Origin: Christensenellaceae bacterium
GTDB lineage: Bacteria > Bacillota > Clostridia > Christensenellales > CAG-138
Length of the DNA: 64,000 nucleotides
NCBI GenBank assembly: GCA_022510765.1
Contig: JAFLSU010000001.1
Span: forward strand, 70,551-134,550
Direction of reading: 5' to 3'
This document shows, piece by piece, positions 33,634 to 43,006 of this stretch. The notes below the pieces were generated by a model. The model was not told the DNA's origin. It saw only the letters and a list, made by a program, of their open reading frames with translations, and did not search any database. Every line of letters starts with the position of its first letter. Within the stretch, counting starts at the first letter, position 1. Both the position numbers and the translations under genes were made by a program.

Positions 33634-36048
33634 ATGTACCGTGTAGTTAAAAGGGACAATACGATCGTAGATTTCGATCTGTCCAAAATTAAGAACGCCA
33701 TGCTCCTCGCCTTCGAGGCGCAGGAGAAGCCCTGCCATCCCGACATACTCGACCTTCTGGCTCTCAAGGTCACGGCGGATTTTTCCGCCAAGGTCAAGGA
33801 TGAGCTTATCGCCGTTGAGGATATCCAGGACAGCGTGGAGTCCGTCCTCATCCAGGCGGGCTATGCCGACATCGCCAAGGCATACATCCTCTATCGCCGT
33901 CAGCGCGAAAAGCTGCGCAATATGAAAAGCACATTCCTCGACTACCGCGATACCGTTAACAAGTACGTTAACGTTACCGATTGGCGCGTCAAGGAGAATT
34001 CAACCGTCACCTATTCCGTCGGCGGTCTTATCCTTTCCAACAGCGGCGCAATCACCGCTAACTATTGGCTCTCCGAAGTATATGACGACGAGGTCGCCAA
34101 TGCCCACCGCAACTGCGACTTCCATCTGCATGACCTGTCGATGCTGACGGGCTACTGCGCGGGATGGTCGCTCCGTCAGCTCCTCGAGGAGGGTCTGAGC
34201 GGCGTTGCGGGCAAGATCACCTCGTCCCCCGCAAAGCATCTGTCCACACTCTGCAACCAGATGGTCAATTTCCTCGGCATCATGCAGAACGAATGGGCGG
34301 GCGCGCAGGCGTTCAGCTCCTTCGATACCTACCTTGCGCCCTTCGTAAGAACCGATGGGCTTACCTATGATCAGGTAAAGAAGTGCATCGAAAGCTTCAT
34401 TTACGGTGTCAACACCCCGTCCCGTTGGGGCACCCAAGCGCCTTTCTCCAACATCACTCTCGATTGGACGGTTCCCGATGACCTCAGGGATCGCCCCGCC
34501 ATCGTCGGCGGCAAGCCCATGGATTTTACCTACGGCGACTGCAAAAAAGAGATGGATATGATAAACAAGGCGTTCATCGAGACCATGCTCGAGGGCGATG
34601 CCCACGGACGCGGATTCCAATATCCCATCCCCACCTACTCCATAACCAAGGATTTCGATTGGTCCCCCACCGAGAACAATCGTCTGCTCTTTGAAATGAC
34701 AGCAAAGTACGGCACTCCGTATTTTTCCAATTATGTGAACAGCGATATGGAGCCGAGCGATATACGTTCCATGTGCTGCCGTCTCCGTCTTGACCTTCGC
34801 GAGCTGCGCAAAAAGAGCGGCGGTTTCTTCGGCAGCGGCGAAAGCACCGGCAGCGTCGGCGTGGTAACTCTCAACATGCCCAGGCTTGCATATCTTTCCG
34901 AAAACGAGGAAGAATTCTTTACAAGGCTTAACAGGCTGATGGACATTGCGGCGCGCTCCCTTCATGTAAAGCGTACCGTCATCACCCGCCTTCTGGAGGA
35001 GGGTCTGTATCCTTACACCAAGCGCTATCTCGGCTCGTTCGACAATCATTTTTCGACCATCGGGCTTGTCGGCATGAACGAAGCATGCCTGAACGCAAAG
35101 TGGATAGGCAAGAATCTGTCCAACACCGACGCGCAGGAATTTACAAAGAGGGTACTCAACCACATGCGCACTCGCCTTGCCGACTATCAGGAGATCTACG
35201 AGGGCGAACTGTTTAACCTCGAGGCGACCCCTGCGGAATCCACCACCTACCGCTTCGCCAAATACGATGTCGCACACTTCCCGGGCATCATCACGGCGGC
35301 GGAGGCCGGCGGAACGCCGTACTACACCAACAGCTCTCATCTGCCCGTCGGCTACACGGAAGATATTTTCTCCGCACTCGACATTCAGGATGAGCTGCAA
35401 ACGCTTTACACCTCGGGTACGGTATTCCATACCTTCCTCGGGGAGAAGCTGCCCTCCTGGCAGAGCGCGGCGACGCTCGTGCGCAAGATCGCAGAGAATT
35501 ATAAGCTTCCTTATTATACTATGTCCCCCACCTACTCCGTCTGCAAGAACCATGGCTATCTCACAGGAGAACAGCATATTTGCCCGCACTGCGGACGCCA
35601 GACGGAGGTTTACAGCCGCATAACCGGCTACTACCGTCCGATTCAGAACTGGAACGATGGCAAGGTGCAGGAGTTTAAGGAGCGCAAGGTCTACAGCATA
35701 CTCGACTACAAGGAGCATAAGCAGAAGCTCTCCGAAAACAGTGCGTCCGAGAGTGAAAGCGCGGCTGCGGAATCCGTCGCGACTGACTCCACCCCGATTA
35801 CTTCATTGATGCTTTTCACCACGAAGACCTGTCCCAATTGCAGCACGGCGACCAGCATCCTTGATAGGGCCGGGATTCCCTTCGTGAAGATGGACGCTGA
35901 GGAAAATCCCGAACTTGCCATTCGGTATGAACTCCGTCAGGCTCCCACGCTCGTTATAACAAACGGCGACAGCTTCGAAAAGTATGTTGGTGTAGGCTCC
36001 ATCAATAGTTACGTCCAAAGCATAAATAAGGAGACGGTCAACGCATAA
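33634..36048 (+). CDS. nrdD: Anaerobic ribonucleoside-triphosphate reductase (class III, NrdD) with a C-terminal fused thioredoxin/glutaredoxin-like domain
   Basis: 804 aa. It has an N-terminal ATP-cone (YRVVKRDNTIVDFDLSKIKNAM), a C-terminal Zn site and glycyl-radical motif (CPHCGRQTEVYSRITGYYRP), then a 114-aa extension. The extension is a Ser/Glu/Ala linker followed by LMLFTTKTCPNCSTATSILDRAGIPFVKMD...APTLVI (CxxC thioredoxin fold). Confidence 0.9.
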   Translation: MYRVVKRDNTIVDFDLSKIKNAMLLAFEAQEKPCHPDILDLLALKVTADFSAKVKDELIAVEDIQDSVESVLIQAGYADIAKAYILYRRQREKLRNMKSTFLDYRDTVNKYVNVTDWRVKENSTVTYSVGGLILSNSGAITANYWLSEVYDDEVANAHRNCDFHLHDLSMLTGYCAGWSLRQLLEEGLSGVAGKITSSPAKHLSTLCNQMVNFLGIMQNEWAGAQAFSSFDTYLAPFVRTDGLTYDQVKKCIESFIYGVNTPSRWGTQAPFSNITLDWTVPDDLRDRPAIVGGKPMDFTYGDCKKEMDMINKAFIETMLEGDAHGRGFQYPIPTYSITKDFDWSPTENNRLLFEMTAKYGTPYFSNYVNSDMEPSDIRSMCCRLRLDLRELRKKSGGFFGSGESTGSVGVVTLNMPRLAYLSENEEEFFTRLNRLMDIAARSLHVKRTVITRLLEEGLYPYTKRYLGSFDNHFSTIGLVGMNEACLNAKWIGKNLSNTDAQEFTKRVLNHMRTRLADYQEIYEGELFNLEATPAESTTYRFAKYDVAHFPGIITAAEAGGTPYYTNSSHLPVGYTEDIFSALDIQDELQTLYTSGTVFHTFLGEKLPSWQSAATLVRKIAENYKLPYYTMSPTYSVCKNHGYLTGEQHICPHCGRQTEVYSRITGYYRPIQNWNDGKVQEFKERKVYSILDYKEHKQKLSENSASESESAAAESVATDSTPITSLMLFTTKTCPNCSTATSILDRAGIPFVKMDAEENPELAIRYELRQAPTLVITNGDSFEKYVGVGSINSYVQSINKETVNA

Positions 36049-36062
36049 GGTTGACATAAGCT

Positions 36063-36992
36063 ATGGCATTGTATGACATTATAATAGTCGGAGCGGGTCC
36101 TGCGGGACTTACTGCGGCGCTGTACGCGAGGAGGGCCGGCAAAACGGTCCTCCTAATTGAAAAGGAAACCTTCGGAGGACAGATCACGCTGTCCCCCCAC
36201 GTTGAAAATTACCCATTCGCACGCCCAATGAGTGGGAGCGAGCTTGCTCAGGTGCTTGTAGATCAGGCGATGAACCTCGGAGCTGAGGTCGAAGTGGACG
36301 CGGTCAATTCCGTCAGCGAAAACGCAAACGGCACACTGACCATTAAGACCGATTACTCGGAATTCACATGCCGCGCGTTGATAATCGCAACCGGACTCAA
36401 ACATCGCAGGCTCGGAGTCCCCAACGAGGATAGCTTCATCGGCGGAGGGATTTCATTCTGCGCAGTATGCGATGGAGCGTTTTTTAAGGATCGCCCCGTT
36501 GCAGTCATCGGCGGAGGAAATACCGCAGTTCAAGATGCGATCTATCTTTCAAAAACATGCAGCAAGGTCTATCTCATCCACCGCAGGAGCGAATTCCGCG
36601 CGGAAAAGCGGGTTGTAGATGGACTTTCCGCGTGCAGCAACATCGAACTCGTTCTCGACAGCGTCGTCACCGAATGCCTTGGAGAGCATCGGCTCGAAGG
36701 ACTTAGGGTTCAGAATAAATTGAGCGGCGATGTTCGAGATATAGCGATTGACGGAGCGTTCGTCGCCATCGGACAGGAGCCAAACAATGCCGCATTTTCA
36801 GAACTCGTGAAGCTCGACGGAAGCGGCTTCATCATTGCGGGCGAGAGCTGCACGACCGACCGACCGAACATCTTCGTCGCAGGTGATTGCAGAACTAAGG
36901 CCGTCCGTCAGCTCGTTACGGCTGGTGCGGATGGAGGCGTCGCGGCGCTTGCGGCCTGTTCCTATATCGATGCAATGGGGATAACGGCATAG
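36063..36992 (+). CDS. trxB: Thioredoxin-disulfide reductase-like flavoprotein
   Basis: 309 aa with the FAD motif IIVGAGPAGLTAALY, the redox-active CAVCDG and the NADPH motif VIGGGNTAVQDA. It starts 12 nt after nrdD. Confidence 0.9.
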   Translation: MALYDIIIVGAGPAGLTAALYARRAGKTVLLIEKETFGGQITLSPHVENYPFARPMSGSELAQVLVDQAMNLGAEVEVDAVNSVSENANGTLTIKTDYSEFTCRALIIATGLKHRRLGVPNEDSFIGGGISFCAVCDGAFFKDRPVAVIGGGNTAVQDAIYLSKTCSKVYLIHRRSEFRAEKRVVDGLSACSNIELVLDSVVTECLGEHRLEGLRVQNKLSGDVRDIAIDGAFVAIGQEPNNAAFSELVKLDGSGFIIAGESCTTDRPNIFVAGDCRTKAVRQLVTAGADGGVAALAACSYIDAMGITA

Positions 36993-37013
36993 TATTGAGT
37001 ATTCGACAACTTT

Positions 37014-37058
37014 AAGCAATTAAGACTTATTTTCGATAGGTCTTAATTGCTTAATTTG
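37014..37058 (+). terminator. Intrinsic terminator after trxB
   Basis: The perfect 13-bp stem AAGCAATTAAGAC (37014-37026) pairs with GTCTTAATTGCTT (37040-37052) and is followed by AATTTGG. Confidence 0.65.
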
Positions 37059-37114
37059 GACAAGCCGATCCATTAATTCTAAATAGTTTTTGATGATTTA
37101 TTTTGGAGTTTTCT

Positions 37115-37417
37115 ATGTCAAGCGAACTTAAAAACGAAGAGAATTTGCCCAATAATGGGAAGCCGCATTACGCGTATTATTGCAATACAGAATGTGAATT
37201 TTTCCCCTGCCACACCGTATCCGACCCGAAGTTTTTTAACTGCCTTTTCTGTTACTGTCCGCTATATGCGCTTGGCGATAAATGCGGAGGGAATTTCAAG
37301 TACATAGAGGGCGGAATAAAGGATTGCTCAAACTGTACCCTGCCCCACAGCCCCGCAGGGTACGCCTATGTTACAAAGAAATACCCCGAGATCATGGAGA
37401 TAGCGAAGCGGGATTAA
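37115..37417 (+). CDS. Cysteine-rich small domain protein
   Basis: 100 aa from the ATG. The Cys pattern YYCNTECEFFPCH...FNCLFCYCPLY...KCGG...DCSNCTLPH is typical of the 'cysteine-rich small domain' family that is often fused to cobalamin or methyltransferase proteins. Confidence 0.65.
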   Translation: MSSELKNEENLPNNGKPHYAYYCNTECEFFPCHTVSDPKFFNCLFCYCPLYALGDKCGGNFKYIEGGIKDCSNCTLPHSPAGYAYVTKKYPEIMEIAKRD

Positions 37418-37421
37418 GGGG

Positions 37422-38762
37422 TTAATTCCCCCTCCCCGCTCTCGAATTCTTAATAGGCTTCATCGCGGGGTTGCATATCAGATGCCCACTTTCCTCAAAC
37501 CGTGAGCCATGGCAGGAGCAATCCCAGGTATGCTCCCATTTATTCCATTTGAGCGCACAACCAAGGTGCGGGCAGCGTTTCGTCGTTGGCGTTAAAAAGT
37601 TTATGAGCGTTTCACCGAGATTGACGAAGAGCTGTTTTCTAATCATGCTTCTCGATGGATCAAAGACCTCCTCGTATTCGTTATGCCTGCCCAGGATCAT
37701 ATCCCCTATGACCCATGAAGCCACCATGGAGCTTGTCATCCCCCACTCATTAAATCCCGTCGCTACATACAAATTTGGCATGTTCTTACTGTATCGCCCA
37801 ATGTATGGAACCCCGTCCAAGCTCATGCAATCCTGCGTTGCCCATGCATACTTTTCACTTGCCCTTGGGAAGCATTCCTTAGCGAAAGCTCTCACGCGCT
37901 CGAAGCCAAAGTCCTTCTTGTACTTGCCCGTTCGGTGATCTCCTCCTCCTACCAACAGCAGTTTTCCATAGTTGCGTAGATAAATGCCGCCCTCGGCCAT
38001 ATCGACGTATGTCCCTTCAAGCTGCTCCGCGTTCTCGTATGCAATCACAAAGGAACGGTTCTGATACAACTTCATAAAATGCATTCCGTGTGCATTTATA
38101 AACGGAAAATGCGTAGCAATGATGATATTGTCCGCGCGGATCACGGCATCATCCGAATATGCCGTATTGCCCTCCACGGTATGGATGAAGGTATTTTCGT
38201 ATATATTCATCCCCTTTGCAAGCCCATACAGCAGTTTCATAGGATTCATTTGCGCCATCCCATCATATTTTACTGCGCCGGCCATCCGATACGGCAGCTC
38301 CGTACTGTGCTTGAATTTCGCGTCAAACCCAAGCTTTTTTACAAGAGCCGCTTCCTTTTTAAGCTCCTTTGCCTCCGTAGACTCACGGGTCACCATAAAT
38401 GAGGGCTTGTATTCAAAATCGCATGGTATGCGTTCCGAAAGTTCGTGAAACGCTTCCACCGCTTTAAGATTCGCATGCAGATACAGCTTCGCGGTATCAG
38501 TATCGAAACTCTGTTTGATTTCGGTATACAGTGTATCATGCTGCGCGGTCAGAACAGCGGTAGTTCCGACGGTAGTGCCGCTGCCGATCGAGCTTGCCTC
38601 GACAAGCATATAGTTGGCTCCAATTTCCCTTAGACGGTTTGCAATCAGTATCCCAGCCATGCCTCCGCCGATAACGAGCACATCGGTTTTGTATTCTCCT
38701 GATGCTTGCTCAAATTTTAGCCTGCTCTCCGCGCTAACGGACTCATTCCACAAATATTTCAT
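37422..38762 (-). CDS. FAD-dependent oxidoreductase with a C-terminal Rieske [2Fe-2S] domain
   Basis: The start is at MKYLWN. It has the dinucleotide motif DVLVIGGGMAGIL and a C-terminal CPHLGCALKW..WDCSCHGSRF (Rieske CxH...CxxH). Confidence 0.85.
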   Translation of the reverse strand: MKYLWNESVSAESRLKFEQASGEYKTDVLVIGGGMAGILIANRLREIGANYMLVEASSIGSGTTVGTTAVLTAQHDTLYTEIKQSFDTDTAKLYLHANLKAVEAFHELSERIPCDFEYKPSFMVTRESTEAKELKKEAALVKKLGFDAKFKHSTELPYRMAGAVKYDGMAQMNPMKLLYGLAKGMNIYENTFIHTVEGNTAYSDDAVIRADNIIIATHFPFINAHGMHFMKLYQNRSFVIAYENAEQLEGTYVDMAEGGIYLRNYGKLLLVGGGDHRTGKYKKDFGFERVRAFAKECFPRASEKYAWATQDCMSLDGVPYIGRYSKNMPNLYVATGFNEWGMTSSMVASWVIGDMILGRHNEYEEVFDPSRSMIRKQLFVNLGETLINFLTPTTKRCPHLGCALKWNKWEHTWDCSCHGSRFEESGHLICNPAMKPIKNSRAGRGN

Positions 38763-38870
38763 AGCTTTCCCCGAATTCGGTTTTTTCTTTAGTATGCACA
38801 ATTTAGGTCGAGGTAATCGGAATTATGCCCAATTCAAACCGCAGCAAACGGGACGAATCAAAAATAATTG

Positions 38871-39002
38871 CTACCGCTTGATCAAGACGCAAAGGCAGGC
38901 AAGCAGCGCGATAATTATAGCCACGAGCAGCCATTGGGGCGAGAGAAACAGCAGCCCGATGGCCGTCGCTGCTCCGAGCAGGCATACGAGTATCCGCAGC
39001 AT
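38871..39002 (-). CDS. Possible 43-aa small membrane protein
   Basis: AGGAGG lies 9 nt before the ATG. The product, MLRILVCLLGAATAIGLLFLSPQWLLVAIIIALLACLCVLIKR, would form two hydrophobic helices. It is directly upstream of the oxidoreductase gene. Confidence 0.4.
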   Translation of the reverse strand: MLRILVCLLGAATAIGLLFLSPQWLLVAIIIALLACLCVLIKR

Positions 39003-39484
39003 CAAATCAGGCCTCCTGCGTCTCCACCTTGCGCGCCTGTTGCATGGTCTGAAACAAAATATCATAGCTTTCCACCTCCGCATTCCTCTACAGTAATGTA
39101 TTCGCATGAACAGCTCTACTGAACATATTTCCGGCAACAAATTTTTGAATTCGCAAAAATTTTTTGTGTTTCACTATTGTAAATGAGTGGTGAATAATGT
39201 TAAAATAATGATGCATAGGTATATGCAACAGAAATATATGCAACATAAATTTCTGTTTAAAGTATTGCCTTTGTAAAATATTCATCGACTCCGAGAAATC
39301 GGTTTTAATAGGTGATCTTTCCCATGCAAAGCTCCATTGCCTCTTGCACACCAGATGAAGGTGGGCTATGCTTTATCGGAGGTCACTGTCCACACTTTTC
39401 CGCATGGGCGCGGCCATCGCCCCGAGCGGTATCCGTTCATTACCAAGAAAGGAAGCTTCGAACAGCGAAGCAACGGTCAAAAAT

Positions 39485-40525
39485 ATGCATTTGTTTGAAT
39501 TCAACGATGTCGGTATCGATCTGGGTACCTCAAGCGTTTTGGTCTATGTAAAGAATAAGGGTATTGTTCTTCGTGAACCCTCCGTTGTTGCCGTAGAAAA
39601 GTACACCGGTCGTATCTATGCCGTCGGAGAGGAAGCCCGCCGTATGCTCGGCAGAACTCCCAGCAATATCCTTGCCATCCGCCCACTCAGGGACGGCGTT
39701 ATATCCAACTTTGACATAACCGAAAGGCTTTTGCATCACCTCCTTAAAAAGGTTGTTGGAACCAGGCTTTTCTTTAAGCCCCGCGTTGTAGTGTGCGTTC
39801 CCTCCGGAGTTACGGACGTTGAAAGGCGTTCCGTCCTCGATGCTACCGAACGGGCAGGTTCGCGCCATACCTACTTCATTGAGGAACCTCTTGCCGCCGC
39901 CATCGGTGCGGGCATCGACATATCCCAGCCCCGAGGAAATATGGTCGTGGACATCGGCGGCGGTACCACCGATGTCGCCATAATTTCGCTCGACGGCTCG
40001 GTTCTCAGCGAATCCATAAAGGTTGCGGGCGATAAGTTTGACGAGTCCATCGTCCGTTACATGCGCAAAAAGCATAATCTTCTGATCGGTGAACGTACCG
40101 CAGAGGAAATGAAGGTTCGTATCGGTTCCGCATATCCGCGCAAGGAGCAGGTCTTTATCGATGTTAAGGGGCGCAACTTGATTTCAGGTCTGCCCCAAGC
40201 GCTTACCGTCGGTTCCAATGAAATGATCGACGCGCTCGAGGAGCCGCTCCAGACAATAATCGAAACGGTTCGCACGCTCTTTGAAAAGACGCCGCCCGAG
40301 CTTGCAAGCGATATTGCCGAGAACGGCATTTGCCTCACCGGAGGCGGTGCGCTGCTGTACGGCATGGATAAATTCGTATCCGAGCATACCAAGGTGCCGT
40401 GCTACGTTGCGGAGGATCCGATCTCCTGCGTGGCTATCGGAACGGGCAAGTCGCTTGACAGTATCGACAACGTCCATATCAGCCCGCTTTATGACTATAG
40501 GTCGGGCGATTATTTCGAGGCTTAA
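39485..40525 (+). CDS. mreB: Rod shape-determining protein MreB/Mbl
   Basis: The start is at MHLFEFNDVGIDLGTSSVLVY. The actin-fold motifs DLGT, VVCVPSG and DIGGGTTD are present. The ORF upstream of 39485 has no MreB similarity. Confidence 0.9.
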   Translation: MHLFEFNDVGIDLGTSSVLVYVKNKGIVLREPSVVAVEKYTGRIYAVGEEARRMLGRTPSNILAIRPLRDGVISNFDITERLLHHLLKKVVGTRLFFKPRVVVCVPSGVTDVERRSVLDATERAGSRHTYFIEEPLAAAIGAGIDISQPRGNMVVDIGGGTTDVAIISLDGSVLSESIKVAGDKFDESIVRYMRKKHNLLIGERTAEEMKVRIGSAYPRKEQVFIDVKGRNLISGLPQALTVGSNEMIDALEEPLQTIIETVRTLFEKTPPELASDIAENGICLTGGGALLYGMDKFVSEHTKVPCYVAEDPISCVAIGTGKSLDSIDNVHISPLYDYRSGDYFEA

Positions 40526-40617
40526 GGCGAGGGGAGTCGAACCCCAACTTGATATTTTCATAGGGCGGCGCAATCCGCCCATGTTTGTATACTTGAAAGT
40601 ACAAAACGAGGTGTGGA

Positions 40618-42180
40618 ATGATTGATTATAAAAAGCTGCAAAACGGCAGCGACATACGCGGCGTTGCCATAGAGGTTGATGGCGGAAAACCCGTTGATTT
40701 GACGAGCGAAAGCGTTACTCGAATAGGCTCCGCATTCGCGCTCTGGGTCTCCAAAAGGCTTAACAAGCCTATTTCCGAAATACGCATTGCGGTCGGAAGG
40801 GATTCTCGTCTGTCCGGCGAAAAGTTGACCGAATGGTTCATTGACGGCCTTACTTCCGTTGGCGCAAGCGCCTTTGACGGCGGCATGTCAAGCACCCCCG
40901 CCATGTTTATGTGCTGTGTGAATGAGCTTTCGTTCGACGCCGGCGTTATGATAACGGCGAGCCACCTCCCGATGGAACGCAACGGATTAAAGTTTTTTGT
41001 TTCAACTGGCAATGACGAACATTGCGAAAAATCCAATCGCTATGCCACTGGGCTGGAAAAGGCCGATATTGCCTCGATACTGTCATCAGCAGAGACTGGC
41101 GATTTTGCTGGTGAAGCTATGAAGGATAAACGCGTTGTGGACATTATGACTCCATACATCGATGGTCTTAAAAAGAAGATTTTGGATGGGCTGGGCTGTG
41201 TTGACGGCGATACGCCGCTTTCGGGTCTTAGAATCGTTGTTGACGCGGGCAACGGTGCGGGCGGGTTCTTTGCAGAACGTCTGCTTGCTCCGCTCGGCGC
41301 GGATATTACGGGAAGTATTTATCTTGAGCCTGACGGCAATTTCCCGAACCATCAGCCCAATCCCGAGAATGCGCAGGCTATGGAATGTATTTGCGAAGCC
41401 GTGCGCTCGAACAAGGCGGATCTTGGCATCATCTTTGACACCGATGTTGATAGAGCCGGTGCGGTGATCCCGATGGATGGGGACGCTTTCGCGCTTGACC
41501 GCAACAGGCTTATAGCCATGATGAGCGCGATCCTCTCCAAACAATACGGATCCATCACGGTCGTTACCGACTCCATAACCTCGACCGGGCTTACAAAATT
41601 CATTGATTCGCTTGGCTGCCGCCATCATAGGTTCAAGAGAGGCTATCGCAATGTTATAAATGAAGCGCAGAGGCTCATGGCTAATGGTGAAAACGCGATT
41701 TTCGCAATGGAAACGAGCGGCCATGGCGCGCTTGCCGAAAACTATTTCCTTGACGACGGAGCGTATATAATCGTTAAGCTGCTGATAGAGTTGGTTCGTG
41801 CAAAGCGTGCAGATTCATCGTTAAGCGACCTGATCTCGACGCTTAATGAGCCTGTCGAAAGCGCGGAAGCAAGGCTTGCGGTTAATATTGACAATTATTC
41901 CGATTATACCGAAAACGTTCTAGCGCATGTTGAAAAGCATTTTGCCGGTAAGGCGGGCTTTACCATCGTGCAGCCTAACTTCGAGGGCGTGCGCGTAAAT
42001 GCCGACGCGGCGCATGGCGATGGCTGGTTCCTCATCAGGCGCAGTCTGCATGACCCCATCATGCCCTGCAATCTCGAAAGCAATTCCGAGGGTGGGCTGA
42101 AAGCACTTTCAAATGCACTGTACGAGTGCATATCTGCGTTCGATAAACTCAATAAAGAACCTCTATGCAGGCTTATGTAG
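40618..42180 (+). CDS. Phosphohexomutase (phosphomannomutase/phosphoglucomutase family)
   Basis: 520 aa with the active-site loop ITASHLPMERNG, the metal-binding loop FDTDVDRAG and the sugar-binding METSGH. Confidence 0.85.
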   Translation: MIDYKKLQNGSDIRGVAIEVDGGKPVDLTSESVTRIGSAFALWVSKRLNKPISEIRIAVGRDSRLSGEKLTEWFIDGLTSVGASAFDGGMSSTPAMFMCCVNELSFDAGVMITASHLPMERNGLKFFVSTGNDEHCEKSNRYATGLEKADIASILSSAETGDFAGEAMKDKRVVDIMTPYIDGLKKKILDGLGCVDGDTPLSGLRIVVDAGNGAGGFFAERLLAPLGADITGSIYLEPDGNFPNHQPNPENAQAMECICEAVRSNKADLGIIFDTDVDRAGAVIPMDGDAFALDRNRLIAMMSAILSKQYGSITVVTDSITSTGLTKFIDSLGCRHHRFKRGYRNVINEAQRLMANGENAIFAMETSGHGALAENYFLDDGAYIIVKLLIELVRAKRADSSLSDLISTLNEPVESAEARLAVNIDNYSDYTENVLAHVEKHFAGKAGFTIVQPNFEGVRVNADAAHGDGWFLIRRSLHDPIMPCNLESNSEGGLKALSNALYECISAFDKLNKEPLCRLM

Positions 42181-42222
42181 TACCCTAAATTAATTATGAT
42201 GTTTTCACATTGTTAAACGACT

Positions 42223-42990
42223 ATGGAACTTTTTGACACACACGCACACCTTTCGGACGAAGCGTTCGATGTAGACAGGCACGAACTCATCCCAAAGCTG
42301 CCTGAAGCGGGGGTCACCCGCATAATAGACGTTGCCTGCGATGTCCGTACGGCGGATCGCACGGTCGAATTGCTTGACCTCTATCCCTTCATATACGGCA
42401 CCATAGGAATGCACCCGCATGATGTCTCATGCATGGACAACGCGATGATGGACAGGATCGTTAAGTACATAAAACATCCCAAGATGCTTGCAGTCGGGGA
42501 GATCGGGCTTGATTATCATTATGATTACTCTCCGCGTGAGCAGCAGCGCAAATGGTTTGCCGAGCAGCTCGAGCTTGCAAAGCAGCTCGGGTATCCCGTT
42601 GTGCTGCATATCCGTGAGGCTTTTGGGGATTGCATGGACATCCTTAAGGCGCATAGGGATGGACTGCGCGGCGTGATGCACTGCTACTCGGGCAGCGTTG
42701 AAACCGCATATGAATGTCTCGACCTCGGGCTGAAATTCAGCTTCGGCGGTGCCGTGACCTTCAAAAATGCCAGAAAGTCGGTCGAAGTTGTCGAACGGCT
42801 GCCCTTGGACAGCATATTGCTCGAAACCGATTGTCCATACATGACCCCCGTCCCGCACAGGGGAGAGCGGAACGACCCAAGCTTCATTCGCCTGACCGCC
42901 GAACGGATCGCCGAGATACGAGGGCTGTCCGTGGAGGAAATTGCGGACATAACGTACAAGAATGCTAATATGGCATTTGGGCTAAAGTAG
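42223..42990 (+). CDS. TatD-family metal-dependent hydrolase
   Basis: 255 aa with MELFDTHAHL, EIGLDYHY, VLHIREA, MHCYSG and ETDCPYM, which together form the TatD signature series. Confidence 0.9.
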   Translation: MELFDTHAHLSDEAFDVDRHELIPKLPEAGVTRIIDVACDVRTADRTVELLDLYPFIYGTIGMHPHDVSCMDNAMMDRIVKYIKHPKMLAVGEIGLDYHYDYSPREQQRKWFAEQLELAKQLGYPVVLHIREAFGDCMDILKAHRDGLRGVMHCYSGSVETAYECLDLGLKFSFGGAVTFKNARKSVEVVERLPLDSILLETDCPYMTPVPHRGERNDPSFIRLTAERIAEIRGLSVEEIADITYKNANMAFGLK

Positions 42991-43006
42991 GAAAGGCTGA
43001 AATTCA

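Noticed and set aside
34000-35718. A 572-aa ORF on the minus strand, antisense to nrdD. The same pattern appears at 54104-55177 (antisense to the malic enzyme), 59874-61046 and 61050-62258 (antisense to PFOR), 45807-46835 (antisense to the SDR and AOS genes) and 7243-8226 (antisense to ppx).
   Set aside because: In each case the opposite strand encodes a protein with unmistakable conserved motifs. The antisense translations are Arg/Ala/Gly/His-rich with no motifs, no RBS and no sensible start. They are shadow ORFs typical of GC-richer coding DNA.
40526-40617. GGGGAGTCGAACCCC downstream of mreB resembles the reverse complement of a tRNA T-arm, suggesting a minus-strand tRNA.
   Set aside because: When the reverse complement is folded by hand there is no acceptor stem (no 5' partner for ..TCGCCTTA), no D-arm and no anticodon arm. 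The only solid structure is a GGGCGG/CCGCCC hairpin (40562-40579), which probably serves as the mreB terminator.
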